From Marsupella aquatica (lineage: Eukaryota > Plantae > Marchantiophyta), in NCBI GenBank assembly GCA_973895155.1, contig OZ316891.1, forward strand, positions 30,945,112 to 31,009,111: a DNA stretch of 64,000 nucleotides. The letters run 5' to 3'. A program made the translations under genes and the position numbers. This document shows positions 1 through 13,808 of the stretch, one piece after another; the first letter of the stretch is position 1, and each line of letters starts with the position of its first letter. Under the pieces are notes generated by a model. That model made no database searches. It was not told the DNA's origin and saw nothing but the letters and a program-made list of their open reading frames with translations.

Positions 1-989
1 CATTTGAAGGATGGAAAGATCTTGTGTGTTATTCGGTGGATCAGATCATCTCACAGTTCAGTTGACATCTGGGTGTGGGTTAGAGTCTCTTCGAAAGCTG
101 CTGAGAAAGAGTTAAGAACACCGAGCAATAAACAAATAATGCACTGAAGTGGGAGAGCTTTCCTATCTACTTAGAAAAAAGCATATTTGTGCTTCAGTTT
201 CACATTGATGGTCACCACACATCATTACAAAGTCATACGGTCTCACACGCCATTTAGGTGGGGAGAGATTGTCTACTCAAAAGAAGCTGATTTTGTGCTT
301 CTGTGTTACATTAATTGGCACATCTATTTTCATCACCCATCAGACGAAGTTACAAAGTCTCACACGTCATTCAGGTGGGTCGTATTCTCATCAAGGACTC
401 ACTGAAAGGGACCTCGTTGGACTCGGTCATTGGCCATCATTGTCGGGCTTGCTATTCCCTGCAGTATTAAATGGCTAGTCGAGCTTCCAATTTGTTTTTA
501 GGCTTGGCCCCAGCCTGTCGGAACTTGGTCTACCCTGAGTACTGTCCCCCTTGCGGGCCACCCTCTGTGTAAGCAATCTTTTGTTTCCTTTTGAAATCGA
601 TGACATTTTTATTGCAATCCAACAGAGGAATGCTGGCTATGCTTCGGATGAAATTCGAAAACATTAAAAAAAGATCTTTCAAGGCCAAAGTCTCACACCA
701 CCTAATCTATGCATGTTCTGCGAATCCCTTTCTATCGTGCACTCCCTCTCCCACGTAATTCCCACAGCCTTTAATGGCTTCGTTGTCTTCCTTTAAGATG
801 GCTCCGTACCAGCTCTGGACACAATTTTCCTCGTTTCACCTTTCAACCACACACGCAGCAGTGCAACACAACCTACACCGTGACCACACCCCATCAAATG
901 AGGTTCCAGTTGTCGAATTTCAACTTCAGGCCCACTCTCATGTAGTCATCTTGGTCACCAACCAGCCACCCCTTTCCCAGGCTAATTAG

Positions 990-1405
990 GAGTACTTTAC
1001 AACCCAGTGGGAGCACTTGGGAGGTTTTTTCACTAAAGCAAGCTGCAGGGCCATTGCACACACTAAATATAGTGTCCTGGGGCCAAAAGCATTTGTGGAA
1101 TACTTTTATGGCCCCCCAAGGTATTGTAAAGTGAAGTGCAGCCAGTGATGCTAGATTAATTTGCTAAAAGACACATTGAGGACCCACTCCATCTGACTGT
1201 CACATATTATGTGGCTAAAGTCTCTCTGATGTGACAAGAGAAGATCTTATGAAGTACTTGTGGGTCCCTTTTTAATGCAAATGACTTGCAATAGGAATGG
1301 ACCAAGGGGCCAGAAGAAGGGACCTCCAAAAGACGTGGTCTAAAATCTAGGGACAAAAGGCTGCTCCACTTAGTAAAACTTGGGCCCCATTCCATTCCAT
1401 GTAGG
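990..1405 (+). repeat. Dispersed repeat family A, copy 1
   Basis: Collinear with the reverse complement of 52520-52890. Shared blocks: TTTTTCAC.AAAGCAA, CTTTTATGGCCC, TTTTAATGCAAA, AATAGGAATGGACCAAGGG, TTGGGCCCCA.TCCATTCCAT. Confidence 0.8.
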
Positions 1406-1647
1406 ATTGGTAACAGGTTTGGTTGAAAGTGCCCCCAACGTTTTGTAAAGTGAACAGCAGCAGTTTCTCCCGAATGGATGGCCCTGATTAGATGTTGGGG
1501 ACCAAAAAGAAAGAAAGCGGAAACTGCCCCAACCTCTTGTAAAGCCACCCTTATTACAAATTCCATAAGAGATTAGCAAAAGGCCTAAGGACCCAACTGC
1601 ATGTGGTATCTACATGCAAGGGGATCTGTTGGACCAGGACAGATTGG

Positions 1648-1745
1648 ACATCCTTAATTAGCTGACAGGAGAAGGGCTTCTCGTTGTTAACTATTGTTGT
1701 ATCAACATCCTTAATTAGCTGACAGGGGAGGGGCTTCTTGTTGTG
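1648..1745. repeat. Tandem duplication, 57-bp period
   Basis: ACATCCTTAATTAGCTGACAGG.GA.GGGCTTCT.GTTGT at 1648 and 1705. Confidence 0.85.
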
Positions 1746-1912
1746 TCCAGTCAGCTATAGTTGTGTCCAGCCAGGAAAAACATGGTTAATTGCATATCAA
1801 AATGTGACAATATAGGATGTATTATGTCATTCTATACCATAATGAACACAATTATTCTGTTTAAGCCACTAAGCTTTATTCAAAACACATATTCCATTCC
1901 CAGAAAAATGAA

Positions 1913-2145
1913 GCCTGGATAGACCTCTAGGTTTGTCAAAATTCTCCCATGAATTTTTGCAAGTCAGATGGACCACATTTTACTCACAATGTCACAGGTA
2001 ATATAGCCCAGATAGACCTCTAGGTTTGTCAAAATTCTCCCATGGATTTTTGTAAGACAGATGGACCACATTTTACTCACAATGTCACAGGTTGTATTCC
2101 ATCCTGATTGTGTGTTTCTGTCTGCGGTCCATGGGAGCATCGTCT
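1913..2145 (+). repeat. Dispersed repeat family B with a 93-bp tandem duplication
   Basis: ATAGACCTCTAGGTTTGTCAAAATTCTCCCATG...ACTCACAATGTCACAGGT at 1919 and 2012; diverged homolog at 40075-40680. Confidence 0.8.
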
Positions 2146-3239
2146 TCCCATTTTCATGAACTTGAGACTAATAATTTTAGAGAAAATAGTTGCCCAAATA
2201 GACTGAGCTTAGTCTATGGAGACTCAGTATGGTTGATGGGCTTAGAGTTCAGTAACACGTACTCTCTTGTGTGTTCCTGTGAACATATGCTCTCGTTAGG
2301 GGAACCAAGTATCTCGTGTGTTAATTACTTTTGTATAATTTGGTCAATGCTCCCTATGTCCATGGCGTCTTATGAGTAATGCATTTTGCGCAACATGTTG
2401 CATATAAATGTTTCTTAGGTGAGGCAAAGAATTGCAAATGAGACAAGAAAGTGTTTGTCATTTTAACTATGCTGTCATGCTTGTGGGTGCAAAAGGCTTA
2501 TCATTTTGGTTGGGTGGTTGTTGTTGCAAACATTTGTCATTTGATCAATGTTGTTGTTGTGAAAGTGTTGTTGTTGGGGAGGGCAAGGGTGGGCAAGGGT
2601 GCAGGACGCAAGATGGGTGATGGCAGTCAGGACATTGAGGAGTCCTGGAAGCATGGCCATGCAACAGGACGGTGAATTTTCAATTTTTTCTCGTTTGTTC
2701 TGTTTAAAAAAAAAATCATCCTGGGCAGGCATTGGTAAGCATAGTGCACCTTTGGCAGACAGGTAAGGTAAGAGGACTGTATGGGTGGATTTGACAGTGC
2801 AGAAAAGCTGAGTTTTTGGTGAGGCTAAGATTGCTGCAACCTTTTTACCATCTTGTAAGCAGGTGATCCCCATCTTTGTCAGAATTGCTTATTATAATGT
2901 TTGATTTATTTGTTTAGATTACACTAGATTTAGGGAGATCTAGCATCATCATTCCTGGAAAATTGGAAAAGTTGGAAAAGTTGGACTCAATCAATGCTTC
3001 ACTCCAGATGCTAACAAGGAGCTCCATCAGTCTCATCATTGTAGACTAATTATTAGTGTTCAAGGATACACTCATAGTCTGGGTCATTTAATAAATTTGT
3101 CCTTCAATCTCGCCTTCAATACACCAATCAAGCATAGAGAGGCCTAAGCTGATCTTCATTCAAACCTTTGAGTTAGGGTGGGATCTCGAAATGCTCTTTG
3201 TATGAAAATTAACCGTTTTATTCTAAATCCATATCAACC

Positions 3240-3440
3240 TAGTTAATATGTAAGTTTTCATAGATCCTACCCCAAGTTGAAAATCCTATGGGACCAAAAA
3301 GGTTGGAGGGAGTACCTCATCCAAGCTTATAGACCAAAGTAGTTAATATGTAAGTTTTCATAGATCCTACCCCAAGTTGAAAATCCTATGGGACCAAAAG
3401 GTTGGAGATGAGGTACCTCATCCAAGCTCTTATATCAAAG
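3240..3440. repeat. Tandem duplication, 100-bp period
   Basis: AGTTAATATGTAAGTTTTCATAGATCCTACCCCAAGTTGAAAATCCTATGGGACCAAAA at 3241 and 3341. Confidence 0.92.
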
Positions 3441-6400
3441 TCTAGGTTCTTGTAATATTTTCATTTTTTTGTTGTTGGTCTGTTTGGAAGCAAAACGGAT
3501 CACTTTAGTAATAAAAATTGCCAAGAAAAAACGAAGTCAATAGCATTTCTGTAAAGTGCCAGAATGCAGGTGAGTGATCTATCTTTTTGACTCAGTTTTA
3601 GGGTGAGTTAAAGTTCTTACCCAATATGAACTGCTGCTGCTTGAATAAGGGATGAAATTGCATTCATGCTTCCAAAAGTGGCATTCTCGTAAGTCACCGG
3701 GATGTGTCTATCCAACTTCAAGTGAGTGTGCTGTCATAGAGGCTTCAAAAACTAGATAGAGGATTCAAGAATGAGAGAACACATATTATGCTGTGTTTGG
3801 CTCTGGATTTGCTATTTGCTTCTCATTATTGTTGCTCCATTGCCAAAGCAACTGCACAGAATCCACTATATTTCCTGTTCAAGTTTCTCATTTTGTTTGC
3901 TAGAAAATTTCTTTGCAAGTTCTCATTGCAAACCGTGTGATCTTTACCGCAGTAGCTTGGAGGTAGCCTTGAATGATTTTGTGCTACTTCAATTCAGCAA
4001 AAGCTGCTGCAGCTGCTGGATACTGTTTCTTTGCTCTACTTGTAATTTCAAGATGCAAAATTCAACCTCAATTTTGGTGAGTTAACAGGTCTCATGGGAG
4101 TTTTTATAGCTACACTTTTTGGGGCTTAACTTACCTCACTTTTGTGAGTTTCAACCTCTACATTTATTGTATATCTCTAGTAGGGGGTCTCCACAACCCA
4201 AGAATTTGGGTTGGGTCTCCACAACCCAAGACCTTAAACACAGACAGAAAAAGTTATAGACTACCAAATTCATGATCTACAATCCCTTTTTCCATAAAGA
4301 TGGATCATATGCTGCCATGACTATAAGTCACTGTAGAGGCTATTGAAAAAGGAAGAAATCGTGATAAAGTTATGGTTATTTACTGATGGCCAAAAGCTAT
4401 CATCTGGAACTATGAAGCTTTGAGATGGCCTAATGGAATAAAAGCTCTCGAGTTTGTTTTGGAGTCCATGCAATAAAAGCTATGGCGTTTGTTTTGGTCT
4501 GGAAACGAAATTTCATGGAGAGGTAGAATCCAGTATTTTAGTTCCGTGCGGCAGCAAGACGACAGCATCATCAGATGGGCCTTGAATGGCAACGAAAGAG
4601 GCGAGAAAGGTTCCAGTCCACACTTTTCCACCAGCGACTTCCTCCATTCCTCCAGTCAGCTGCAAAACAATCCACTCGGTGATCAGTCTTTCAGTCGGCC
4701 CCACCGCCACTCCTCAAAAGCCAAAAGCAATCGCAAAGTTCGGCCGCGGCATTCCAAAGCTACAGCAGTAGGCGCAGGCATCGATCGTGTGGCCTTCTAT
4801 TTCCAATTTTCCATGGATAATGTGAGTGATGGAGCCATTCAGACGACAGCCAATCACTCTTCGGCAGCGACGCCGAGAGCACTGGTGCTCATCATTGTCG
4901 AGTGTGAGTGAATGAGCACGGGAAACAAGGTCGATGACCCACGACTCCACGAGCCGATCAGCCGACCCAAAATCGGTCTGTGTCCGTTGGCAGAATAATA
5001 CCACCACTGTGCCTGAAATTATGACCGACAGCAATGACCGGCTGACCGGCCTGACTGATCTCTAGTGACTGGCGGCCCGGGCGCTTGGATTGAATGAATG
5101 AATGAATGAGCTGAATAATAATTACAATGATGAATTGTTAGTGCTATCGCTGACGACTCTTGGAAACTCCTTCGGTCCTTCCCGCATGCAAAGCTCTCAT
5201 GCCCGCCATACGGCCTTTTATGGGGAAGCGAGCCAGCCTCGTGTCAGAGTGGTAAACCGGAGACTCGGAGACCAACAGACTTCCTCAGTTCCTCCTTCAG
5301 GTTGAGAACTCCACGTGAAGCCCCCCAACGTACTTACTACTTCGTCTGGGACTCTCCGAAGAAGTCAATGCCAAAAATGATGTAGTACTTTGTGAGAGTG
5401 TGAGGGCAATTCTTTTAGGGACATACTGATATCACTTTCACTCTCACTGAACATTACAGGGAAGATAACAGACGAGGGAAGTTCCTTTTTCCCCTTGGAG
5501 GATTGGTTTTATTATCCAACACATAAAAATAAGGTTTTGTAGACTCCTCTAAAATCTCTAGCGAACTTGCCTATGCTTAATAAAATTCTATGAGATGTGA
5601 TCCGTGGGAATCGAATTGGTTGATAGAATATAAAGTTGAGGTGAGCCCAGCTGCGGGCAAACTTTAAGGCAAGCAGATTCTTCCACGCCAAGCGAACGCA
5701 TTTATTGGAATCGGCAGGCCGATTGCCTGACTTGTGGACTAGGTATACCAAAGCTCGCGCTGCTGAGTTGTGGCGGTGGTAGTAGTAGAACAAATGCAGG
5801 AAAGATCCGGGAGGTTTACAGTCCGTCGGTGAGTGTTGCATGTAAGGTTGGTTCAAAAAGCCTAAAAAAGGGAAGCCATCATCATGATCGAGGAACAGGT
5901 TCTTGCGCTTGCAATGGTGTTCCTGAATTAAACATAAAAATCAAAACAGAACTTATAGACTATCTTTAATCTAGGAAAAGTGGGTGATCGATGAGTTGAT
6001 TTACAATTTATCAGCGTTCAGAGATGAAGACTACTCCATCTGAACAATAGCATCATTGAATACAATCTCAAATTCCTAATATCAGCAATCTTCACAGACC
6101 TGATCTAGGCATCGATCCCAAATCAAACTCCACGGCTGCTCGCGCTCGTCAAGCCAGCAGATACGCCACTACTGACTGGCCAGCCTAGATACTGCATGTA
6201 GCTGTGAGAATGATCGTAGCTGCATCAAAAGCACCGCGAATTTCAACGGCAGTGTTTTAATATTAGAATGCGTACAGAAGTGGTAATCGACTGATGTCTG
6301 CGGACTAGAAAATTAAAACAATATTGAGCAAGCTAGCCAGCTACAGTTCGGATCTAGCTATGAGTCGAACAGTAGACTCGCTTTTCTTTTTTGGGGAACG

Positions 6401-9400
6401 GCAGACAAGACTTTACTCATCAGTCCAAAGATCAATACAAGCCTACAAGGGCACGCAGAACAAGCCCAGCGATGCAAACTCCCAATCAACCGCGGCAGTG
6501 GGGGGCGACAGGGGACAGGCTTTTGTTCCGTTCTACAACATAACGGTAGCTTGCTAGCCTGGAGTCCTTGAGCTCGGCCAGACTTGCATGAAAGACGAAA
6601 CATGACTCGAATCCTGCAGTCCTGTTTTCTTTCAATTCTTGGCTTGAAAGGTTTTGAAACAGTCACAAAGTCGGAGTCAGATTTTTGGTTCCGTTTTCGC
6701 CTAACCTAGATTTGGGGCACGACGTTATCATGACTGTGATCCATCGAGTTACTGGCCACGCTAACTAGGTAGCTATTGTAGGTGGGCGCAACAGGCAAGA
6801 GACGTGTCTTAATCTTTATGCCGTCGTGTGGGCATCAGGAACTAGCAAGTAAACCAAAATCTTCATCGAATCATTCCCAACCTACTACTTGCCAGCAATT
6901 TGTTTGGTTGCTTACAGGACGACCTTCTGTACCACAGATGCTTGTTTGGATGAGGATTCCAACCACGGTAGCAGCACGGAGTCCTAAATCAGAAGCCGTG
7001 TTTGAGTGTTCTGGCAATTCATGACTGTGGGTGGTGGACCCGTACAGACTTGCAGCCATCTAGTAATGCCTTGGAAGATTGTGGCTGGTTACTTTTAATT
7101 TATTGTCGCTTCAACTCTTCCTGCTTGCCGGTACACACTTTTTCGCTCCAATTTAACCCCTGAAGAGAACTTCAGTTCAGCTGGCAATCATGCAAAGAAT
7201 CTGAATTAAATATATGTATCTTTTGCAACATGAGGGGAACACCTGGTGAGCGTAGGCATGTAGGTGTTGTAAGAATCTAAACAGTAGGTGCACCACCAGA
7301 GGTGTGATTACGATAAAGCAGCTGTATTGCGATGGTAACAGTAGTGCTCTCTCTCAACTGACAGATCTCAAGTGAAAATAGTGCCCTTTCGACTGACCGA
7401 GTGATCTCATGTTCAGGCCACTAGGCTACCTTTCCTCTCAAGGACGGCAATTTTGCATGATGACTGTGCCAGAAATCTGATGGGGAACAGTGGCAGCACC
7501 CGGGTTCCAATGAGAATCCAAACCCCAACAGATTCAATCGTGTGTGTGCCTTGGCATCTTTCAATCCATCTTTCATTTGGTTGCATGCATAGTAGTGCGG
7601 AATCGGAAATATCCAGGAACAGTGATTCACTTTAGACTTGGCAACCCAAATCATAGATTGGTCTAGAGTCTTTGAATGATTGAGAGTCCAGGAAGTTATT
7701 GCCGAGGATAACTTGAAATGGATCGGTATGCAAAATGCCATGCACTGTCTCGTTGAAACTTGAAAGCATATGAATTGTACTGGACCGTGGAATAATCTCA
7801 GCAACTACTTTAGCATCAAGCTTCTGAATTTTGTTTTGGCACTAGATTTGAGGATGTGCACATCAGAGTGTTCATAATAGTTACTGTAGATAATTTGGTC
7901 ACAAGAAGTCTGAAGGAATATTTCTTCCTTGCTCGTCCCTCCCTCCTATCCTACCATGAGAAATCTCTCACCCTTTCTCATGATGTATGTTGTACTGTCG
8001 CCCACTCCATATTTTCCCTTCATATTCTCTAATCTGCTGGTAATATTCTGGCTGATTCTACTAGGTGCCACCAAGTCTGGCCTAGTAATATTCTTTTTCC
8101 TAGACAAGTATTACTCAAATATTACTTATGATAATGACTGTTTGGGCTGGGGTTCCGAGTCTGAAATCTGTTCCCACAAAGCTCAAAAAAATTTCCCACT
8201 TGCAGCCGCAGGTCAACATTCCCTCACTTTCTGATCAAGGGTTACAGACTACTAACCCCAGACCAAACCAGTGTTACCCTACACATAATAGTTTTACCAT
8301 CGTGCCATTCTGGACTTCACTTCATTGTTGACATAGGTGCCTCTCTACAGCTATAGCTTGCATGCATAGAGTTTTATTTAGGAGACCATCTGTCTCCTTC
8401 AATTGAGCAATCGTTTGTCTATCTGATAATGCTTCCACAATTTGATAACAATTGAATGAGCTGAATTTGTTTATGCAATGAAAACAACAAGTGAGGAAAT
8501 TAGAGGTTGTTACTCAAGTGATTGGATTGAGTACCTTTTCAATACAATGTTTCTAAAACTGCTTTACTAACCAGATTCTTTCTGTTGACTATCCTCTTAA
8601 TATCACAATTGTAAACGTGACTTCTCTTCAACTCCCCTGGCCCTCACTCTTCGATTGGTCCTCACTCTTCAATTGTCTTCACAACAAACCAGTCTATAGG
8701 AGAGGCAAAGAGGTCTTCTAAAATTCTATACTTCTATTATTAGAGTTGGTATCAAAATCCAATATTCATGTGTTATGTGTCACAATGACTTGCAGTAGTA
8801 AAGGATTTGATGTAAAAAATGCAATATAAACTACCCTAGGTCCCCCCCCTGCAATCCAGTTGGGCGGCTTGCTCTTGGGGAATTACCATTTTTGAAAAGG
8901 ACATATAGTATTTTGGTAAATTGTAACCTCTTTCCCCATTGTTTGAAGAACACTATTGTCGGGCTACCTCCATATCCAACCCACTCCATGTTGCACAACG
9001 TCCTATTCACAAGGGAACTCAATTGGTTCCTGGACACATGGAGGTTCAAGATTTGCCCATGTTACCCGCCTCTAACCATACCTTCATCATGGACCAGGTA
9101 AACCCATTTGACACTCACCAGAATGTGGGTGTTGACTACTGTCTATGGGCAAACTCTATGGCGTTTTTGTCTGCCTCATTTCCTCCACTTTATGTTCAGA
9201 GTGGATTAGCCTCCACATGTCCCCAGACCATTTAGTGTCATCCTGGGTCAGTCTACTCTGGTTAAGCCAACCCACAAACAAAATTGGGGGCAAACTGGTT
9301 ATGAAATTAGTTTTTGGGCTGGGGTTAGTAGTTTTGACTAGTTGTGGGACAGGAAAGGAAAACACTGAAATTTCAAATGCCAACACTCCTAGCTACACCG

Positions 9401-12400
9401 TTTGGAAGAAATGACTTCAGTCACTCCATGACAACTTGCACTTGATCTTCGCAAAAATATGTGACCATGGTTTTGCAGGAGTTTTGCCTCAATTGAGACC
9501 ATTCCACCATAACATTTGGGTCTCTAGACTGATATCAGGGGTTTGGATCCCTGGCTTTTTGAGTGCCCACACTTCTTGGAAATTGCCTTAAGTTCGTCAC
9601 AACACAATTAACCTGATGAATGAAACTAAGTGCAGTGAAAGAGAATGATCATTTATCACAAATACAAGAGGTCCCACGTGGCATTAATGTGCATAGGTTA
9701 TCATGACCAGACTATTCATGTTTTTGAAAATCAAAGCTTTCATAGAAACCTTCTTATTTTAACTCACACTCAGCTTTTCTTTATATTAGTACGAGCTCCA
9801 TGCCTGTGCATTGCACAATTACACAATTCGGTGAGTGAGAAAATGAGGGCCTGGCAGGAGTCGTGGGCACTGGTCAGGTTGTGTACCGCCTCCACTCCTG
9901 GGTACTGGGCAGCATGGCGTACGTCAATTATGAGGGAGGGAGTCGTGGGCAGTCGGCCGTACCCCTGCATAGTCCCTTTTTGCATTCAAAGGTCCCCTTT
10001 TTGCATTGAATGGCTAGGGAAAAAGTGCAGAAGAATCCAACGGCTGCTGATCAGTCCGGCCCTTTGACAAGCACACGACGGACAAAATATGGCAAGATTG
10101 GGGATTATAGTTGTAAATTCACTAGTGGGTCTCAATGAGCTGTTCCCCTTTCTTTTTGTGGTCAGCCACTGAAGGAAATTTGTGTCTGCAACCTTGACCA
10201 AAACCTAACTTGCGGGGGTGATTTGAGATGGGTCACAACATAACTTAGAGTCAATTGTTTTGAATTTGGTGATTTTTCTGATGGGCTTCAACTATTCATG
10301 AAGGGTGCAGACCCATTCTTGCATACCAAATAGTGGGTGTGAACACCTGTGCACAGACTTTCCTAGGTGGTAGTATTTTTTGGGAACCCAGATTTTTGAC
10401 CCGCAATCTGACCCCAGCATTCCGGACATGTAAAACTTCCATTGAACAGCTAGTTTGAGAAGCCCTATAGGTGGGTGTTAGACAATGCTTGGTTTATCCC
10501 AGTCAGAAAATACTGGATTGGACAGAGTACTCAAGTCAAACTTGGTGGTGATCATCTTAGCATGCCATTCTTCTTTTCGGCTCTCGAGAAATTCTGTACA
10601 AATAATCTATGTGCAATTTCCATGTGCACCACGGTAAAATAGAATTGATGGTCAGTTCCTCAGTTGTACCCACGGCATCTCGCAGTGGAACCAAGCGCTC
10701 TACTTTTCAGTAAAAGTGGACAGCAATCTGCTCAGGGCCTACATGGCTCTGGAATTGGATTCAATGAGTCGGACAGTTGCAGGCAGACCAGAGATCTGAA
10801 GCTTTCTCAGGAACTGTTCCCTGCGATTCCGGTACAGTTGCTCCGTGAGACCATGACCGACTCGCTCAATTGAAGATGAATTTCCACTGCAGAAAGTGTG
10901 GACTGGGGCCCAATAACACGACTCGATAATCTGTCCCAGGAATGCAGCCATCGAAAGGCTGAAAAAGCGACGAGGACTGGGCAGCGAACAAGGGCGGAAG
11001 AGCCGGAGACAAGAGTTCCAACCACGCGGCTCGAAGATGTTGGGATCGATGTCTGGGACACTTTCACAGTACTAACTGTATTCACGAGAACGGGCACGAG
11101 AATAGTCTGCACTCATGAACACGGATTGTTCATATTTGAACTTTGACAGTCCAGATCTGAAGAGTCTCTATGAGAAATTGACCTGAAATCTGTAATTGAT
11201 CAGTGATATTGTGCAGTGTACTATTACTGTACCGATTTTGGTGCAGCAGGTCCCTCCCCAGTACAGGAGATTCAGCATACTACCGTACTTTGTCCGTTCT
11301 GGATTTCTCATTCATTCCAGTCATGTGGGTCCACCATCCGGAGCAGTGAATTCATTAGCAGTGTACACTGTGCCGGTTTTGTTGCAGCTTGTTCCCCAAC
11401 CCCACCTCCGTATGGGACGGGATCAGGCGTGTTAATTAAGGTAATTTTATTCTTGGCAGGAGGCTGCCAGGCGACGGAGACCTGGGAGGATATAATGAAA
11501 AGCGGGTCATAACCGGTATGGTCAGAGGCTGACTGACTCCTCGTCACGCCGGTGGCTGTTGGCTCATCGCTGGTGATGCAGTAGATCCAAATCCTCGCTG
11601 CAGCACCTCCGCTGCAGCACTCGCAAAGGAGAGAGAATCTCGGAGACGACGTCGCCTCTTGGGTGTAATAAACTGAACTGTAGCAGACTGTGGATGGATA
11701 GCCTGACTGTTGCCTTACTGCCAGAGTCCTCTCTCGCCTCATCTCATCAGTAGCTCACCTGCCGAGGCAATTGGCCTTGACTGAACTTCTAAACGAGCAA
11801 ACACGTCATCCTGCCTGTAGGCACCTACTGCAATAACCTATTCGCAGAGAGAAAGTCGAAAGAGGACCTCCGTGGTGTGACTGACATCAAAGCGTTATGC
11901 CCAGTTCGTCGTACTATCTATACATTTCCTACATCATGACCAGGATCAGTCCGTCAGTTGCCTGGTTAGATAGGTAGGTCTGTCCTCCTGTGTCGTTCTG
12001 CTCAGCTGCCAAGCTCTTTCTGTGCAGGAAAGGCCGTGGATAGGGTGGGCTGTGTCTTCCTTGTGGGCCAAGCACGCACGCAAACGAGCAAACAAGTGTA
12101 GACGATTTTTTAATTCCGAAGCCGCTTGTGTGGCCCAAGCAACCAATTAGGTGAAGGAACTCCGTTCTGATGTGGGATGATGAACAAGGAAGGTGCTGCA
12201 GACCACTCCTGAGTACGGGCCAGTTGGTAAGGTAGGCCACACCGAATGCGCAAAGTGAGCTGATTACAACGTAATGCAACGCGATGCAACAACGCGTACA
12301 CTGGCCTTTGTGCCCGGCTCCCCCTGTAGCAATGCTCGCTGCCATAGCTACAGTATCTAGCTTCTGCCGCTAGGTGGGATACAACAGTAAAGTTTGCTTG

Positions 12401-12789
12401 GACCGTCATCGACCTGGGTTTGGTCTGGTCCCAGACTCCCCCAGCTCCCGCAACAAAAGAGCAGCTGCAGAGAACAACAAACAGTCCTGTAGACAGGGGG
12501 GCCCAGAGCGAGAGGGGGCCCAGAGCGAGAGCCAGAGTCCAGGGGAAGGAGGCAGGCGGACAGGACATCCATTATCTGAGCATCCCATCACAGAGGTACA
12601 CGATGTGATGCTGCGCGTCCTTGTCTGATTTCTTTCCTTTCGTCATCGTCAATAAAAGTGTTTTCTCTGTTTGCTTTGAAAATTCAACTTAAATTCCATG
12701 ATGATGATGAATAGAAAAGGAACAAAAACAAGTAACAAAATCATTTTTGTTCACGACGCTGTGAGAGATACGACTGCTTAGGTTCTCTA

Positions 12790-13552
12790 AGGCTCTTTGG
12801 TCTGTGCACGGCGGGAGGTGGTGCTCGAGTTACCTGGTCCTCTATCACAACGGTTATGGGTGGATCTTACCGTGGTCCGTGAAAGTCACCGTACTTTGGA
12901 AGATATAGTGGTGGCAAACCCATTGCACCAAGACATCATTGGGACAGCGACAATAACGGCAGGGGCAACAGCATCATGAGCAGCAACAACGAAGGAGGCC
13001 AAATATGCTGCACGAGCTTCATCTGATAGCTTCTTGCCCCTTGCTCTTGAGATATTTGGGTGTCTCCATCATCAGTTCGACGGGCTTCTTCGCCAAGCTA
13101 CTCGGGATGTTCACGGTCGGATGGGTCCCACTGGGCCCCTGCTATCTGTTTTGACCACGCACTTTCGCCAACGCATTTCAGTCACCTTACAGCATGCTCA
13201 AGCTCGGGCCGTCTATCGTCGATCTCTGACAGTGGGTGCTAATGTGACTCCGCAGTGGCTAGCCCCCCTAGAGGACATTCCTGTCCCACTTGCCGATCTA
13301 GTTTCGACACTTGATGTAGACCACTAGCTTGTTGCCACATTTGCTAGGTATGATGAGGACCTCGGTCCATTTGCGGTAGTTTTAGTTCCTCTTTCTTGGT
13401 TTTTAGGGGTTTCCTTTTGCTCACTTCTTTTAGTTCTTCTTTCTTGGTTTTTAGGGTTTCCTTTTGCTCATTTCTTTTGCGTTTGGTTTTGTTCACTTGG
13501 GACCTCTCTTGTTTATTCTTTTGTACTCTATTTGGCCTTTTTCTGTAAAAAA
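12790..13552 (+). mobile_element. 5'-truncated non-LTR retrotransposon, CRE-like, C-terminal restriction-like endonuclease (RLE) domain plus 3' UTR
   Basis: ORFs 12797-12979 and 13034-13327 share a frame, separated by one TGA. The joined peptide reads WVDLTV...EDIVVANP...A*AATTKEAKY...FLPLALEIFGCL...FRQRISVTLQHAQA, the D..D..KxxKY..FxPxxxExFG..RxSxxLQ pattern of CRE-clade RLE domains. A T-rich 3' UTR follows, with a duplication of about 49 bp (13380-13478) and a short A tract near 13547. Confidence 0.8.
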
Positions 13553-13652
13553 TATGTGTATATTTTGTTTCCTAAATCGCTCATTCCTTTACTGATGCAG
13601 ACAACTAACCTCCCGGGTTTGTCTGATAGCTTTGTTTGATAAATATGCGAAC

Positions 13653-13808
13653 TGTTATGAGGTAACTAGTCCTAGACCAGACTAGGAGGTTACCTTTACC
13701 ATGGTTACCTCAAGACCCTATATATACACCCGGTTGATCCCCAACCGGGTGATTCATTCATTCAATCTCTCTCCCTCTCCAACTATGTATGAATCCTATA
13801 TCACAACA
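13653..13808 (+). repeat. 5' LTR (156 bp)
   Basis: TG...CA termini, TATA-like CTATATATA, aligns with 17098-17292. Confidence 0.92.

Noticed and set aside
7343-7362. GTGCTCTCTCTCAACTGACA resembles a miR156/157 target site
   Set aside because: It has three mismatches opposite miRNA positions 3, 7 and 8, with no SBP-box gene or hairpin context.
8771-10240. TGTTATG...TCACAACA ends suggesting a solo LTR
   Set aside because: No matching TSD and no second copy in the window.
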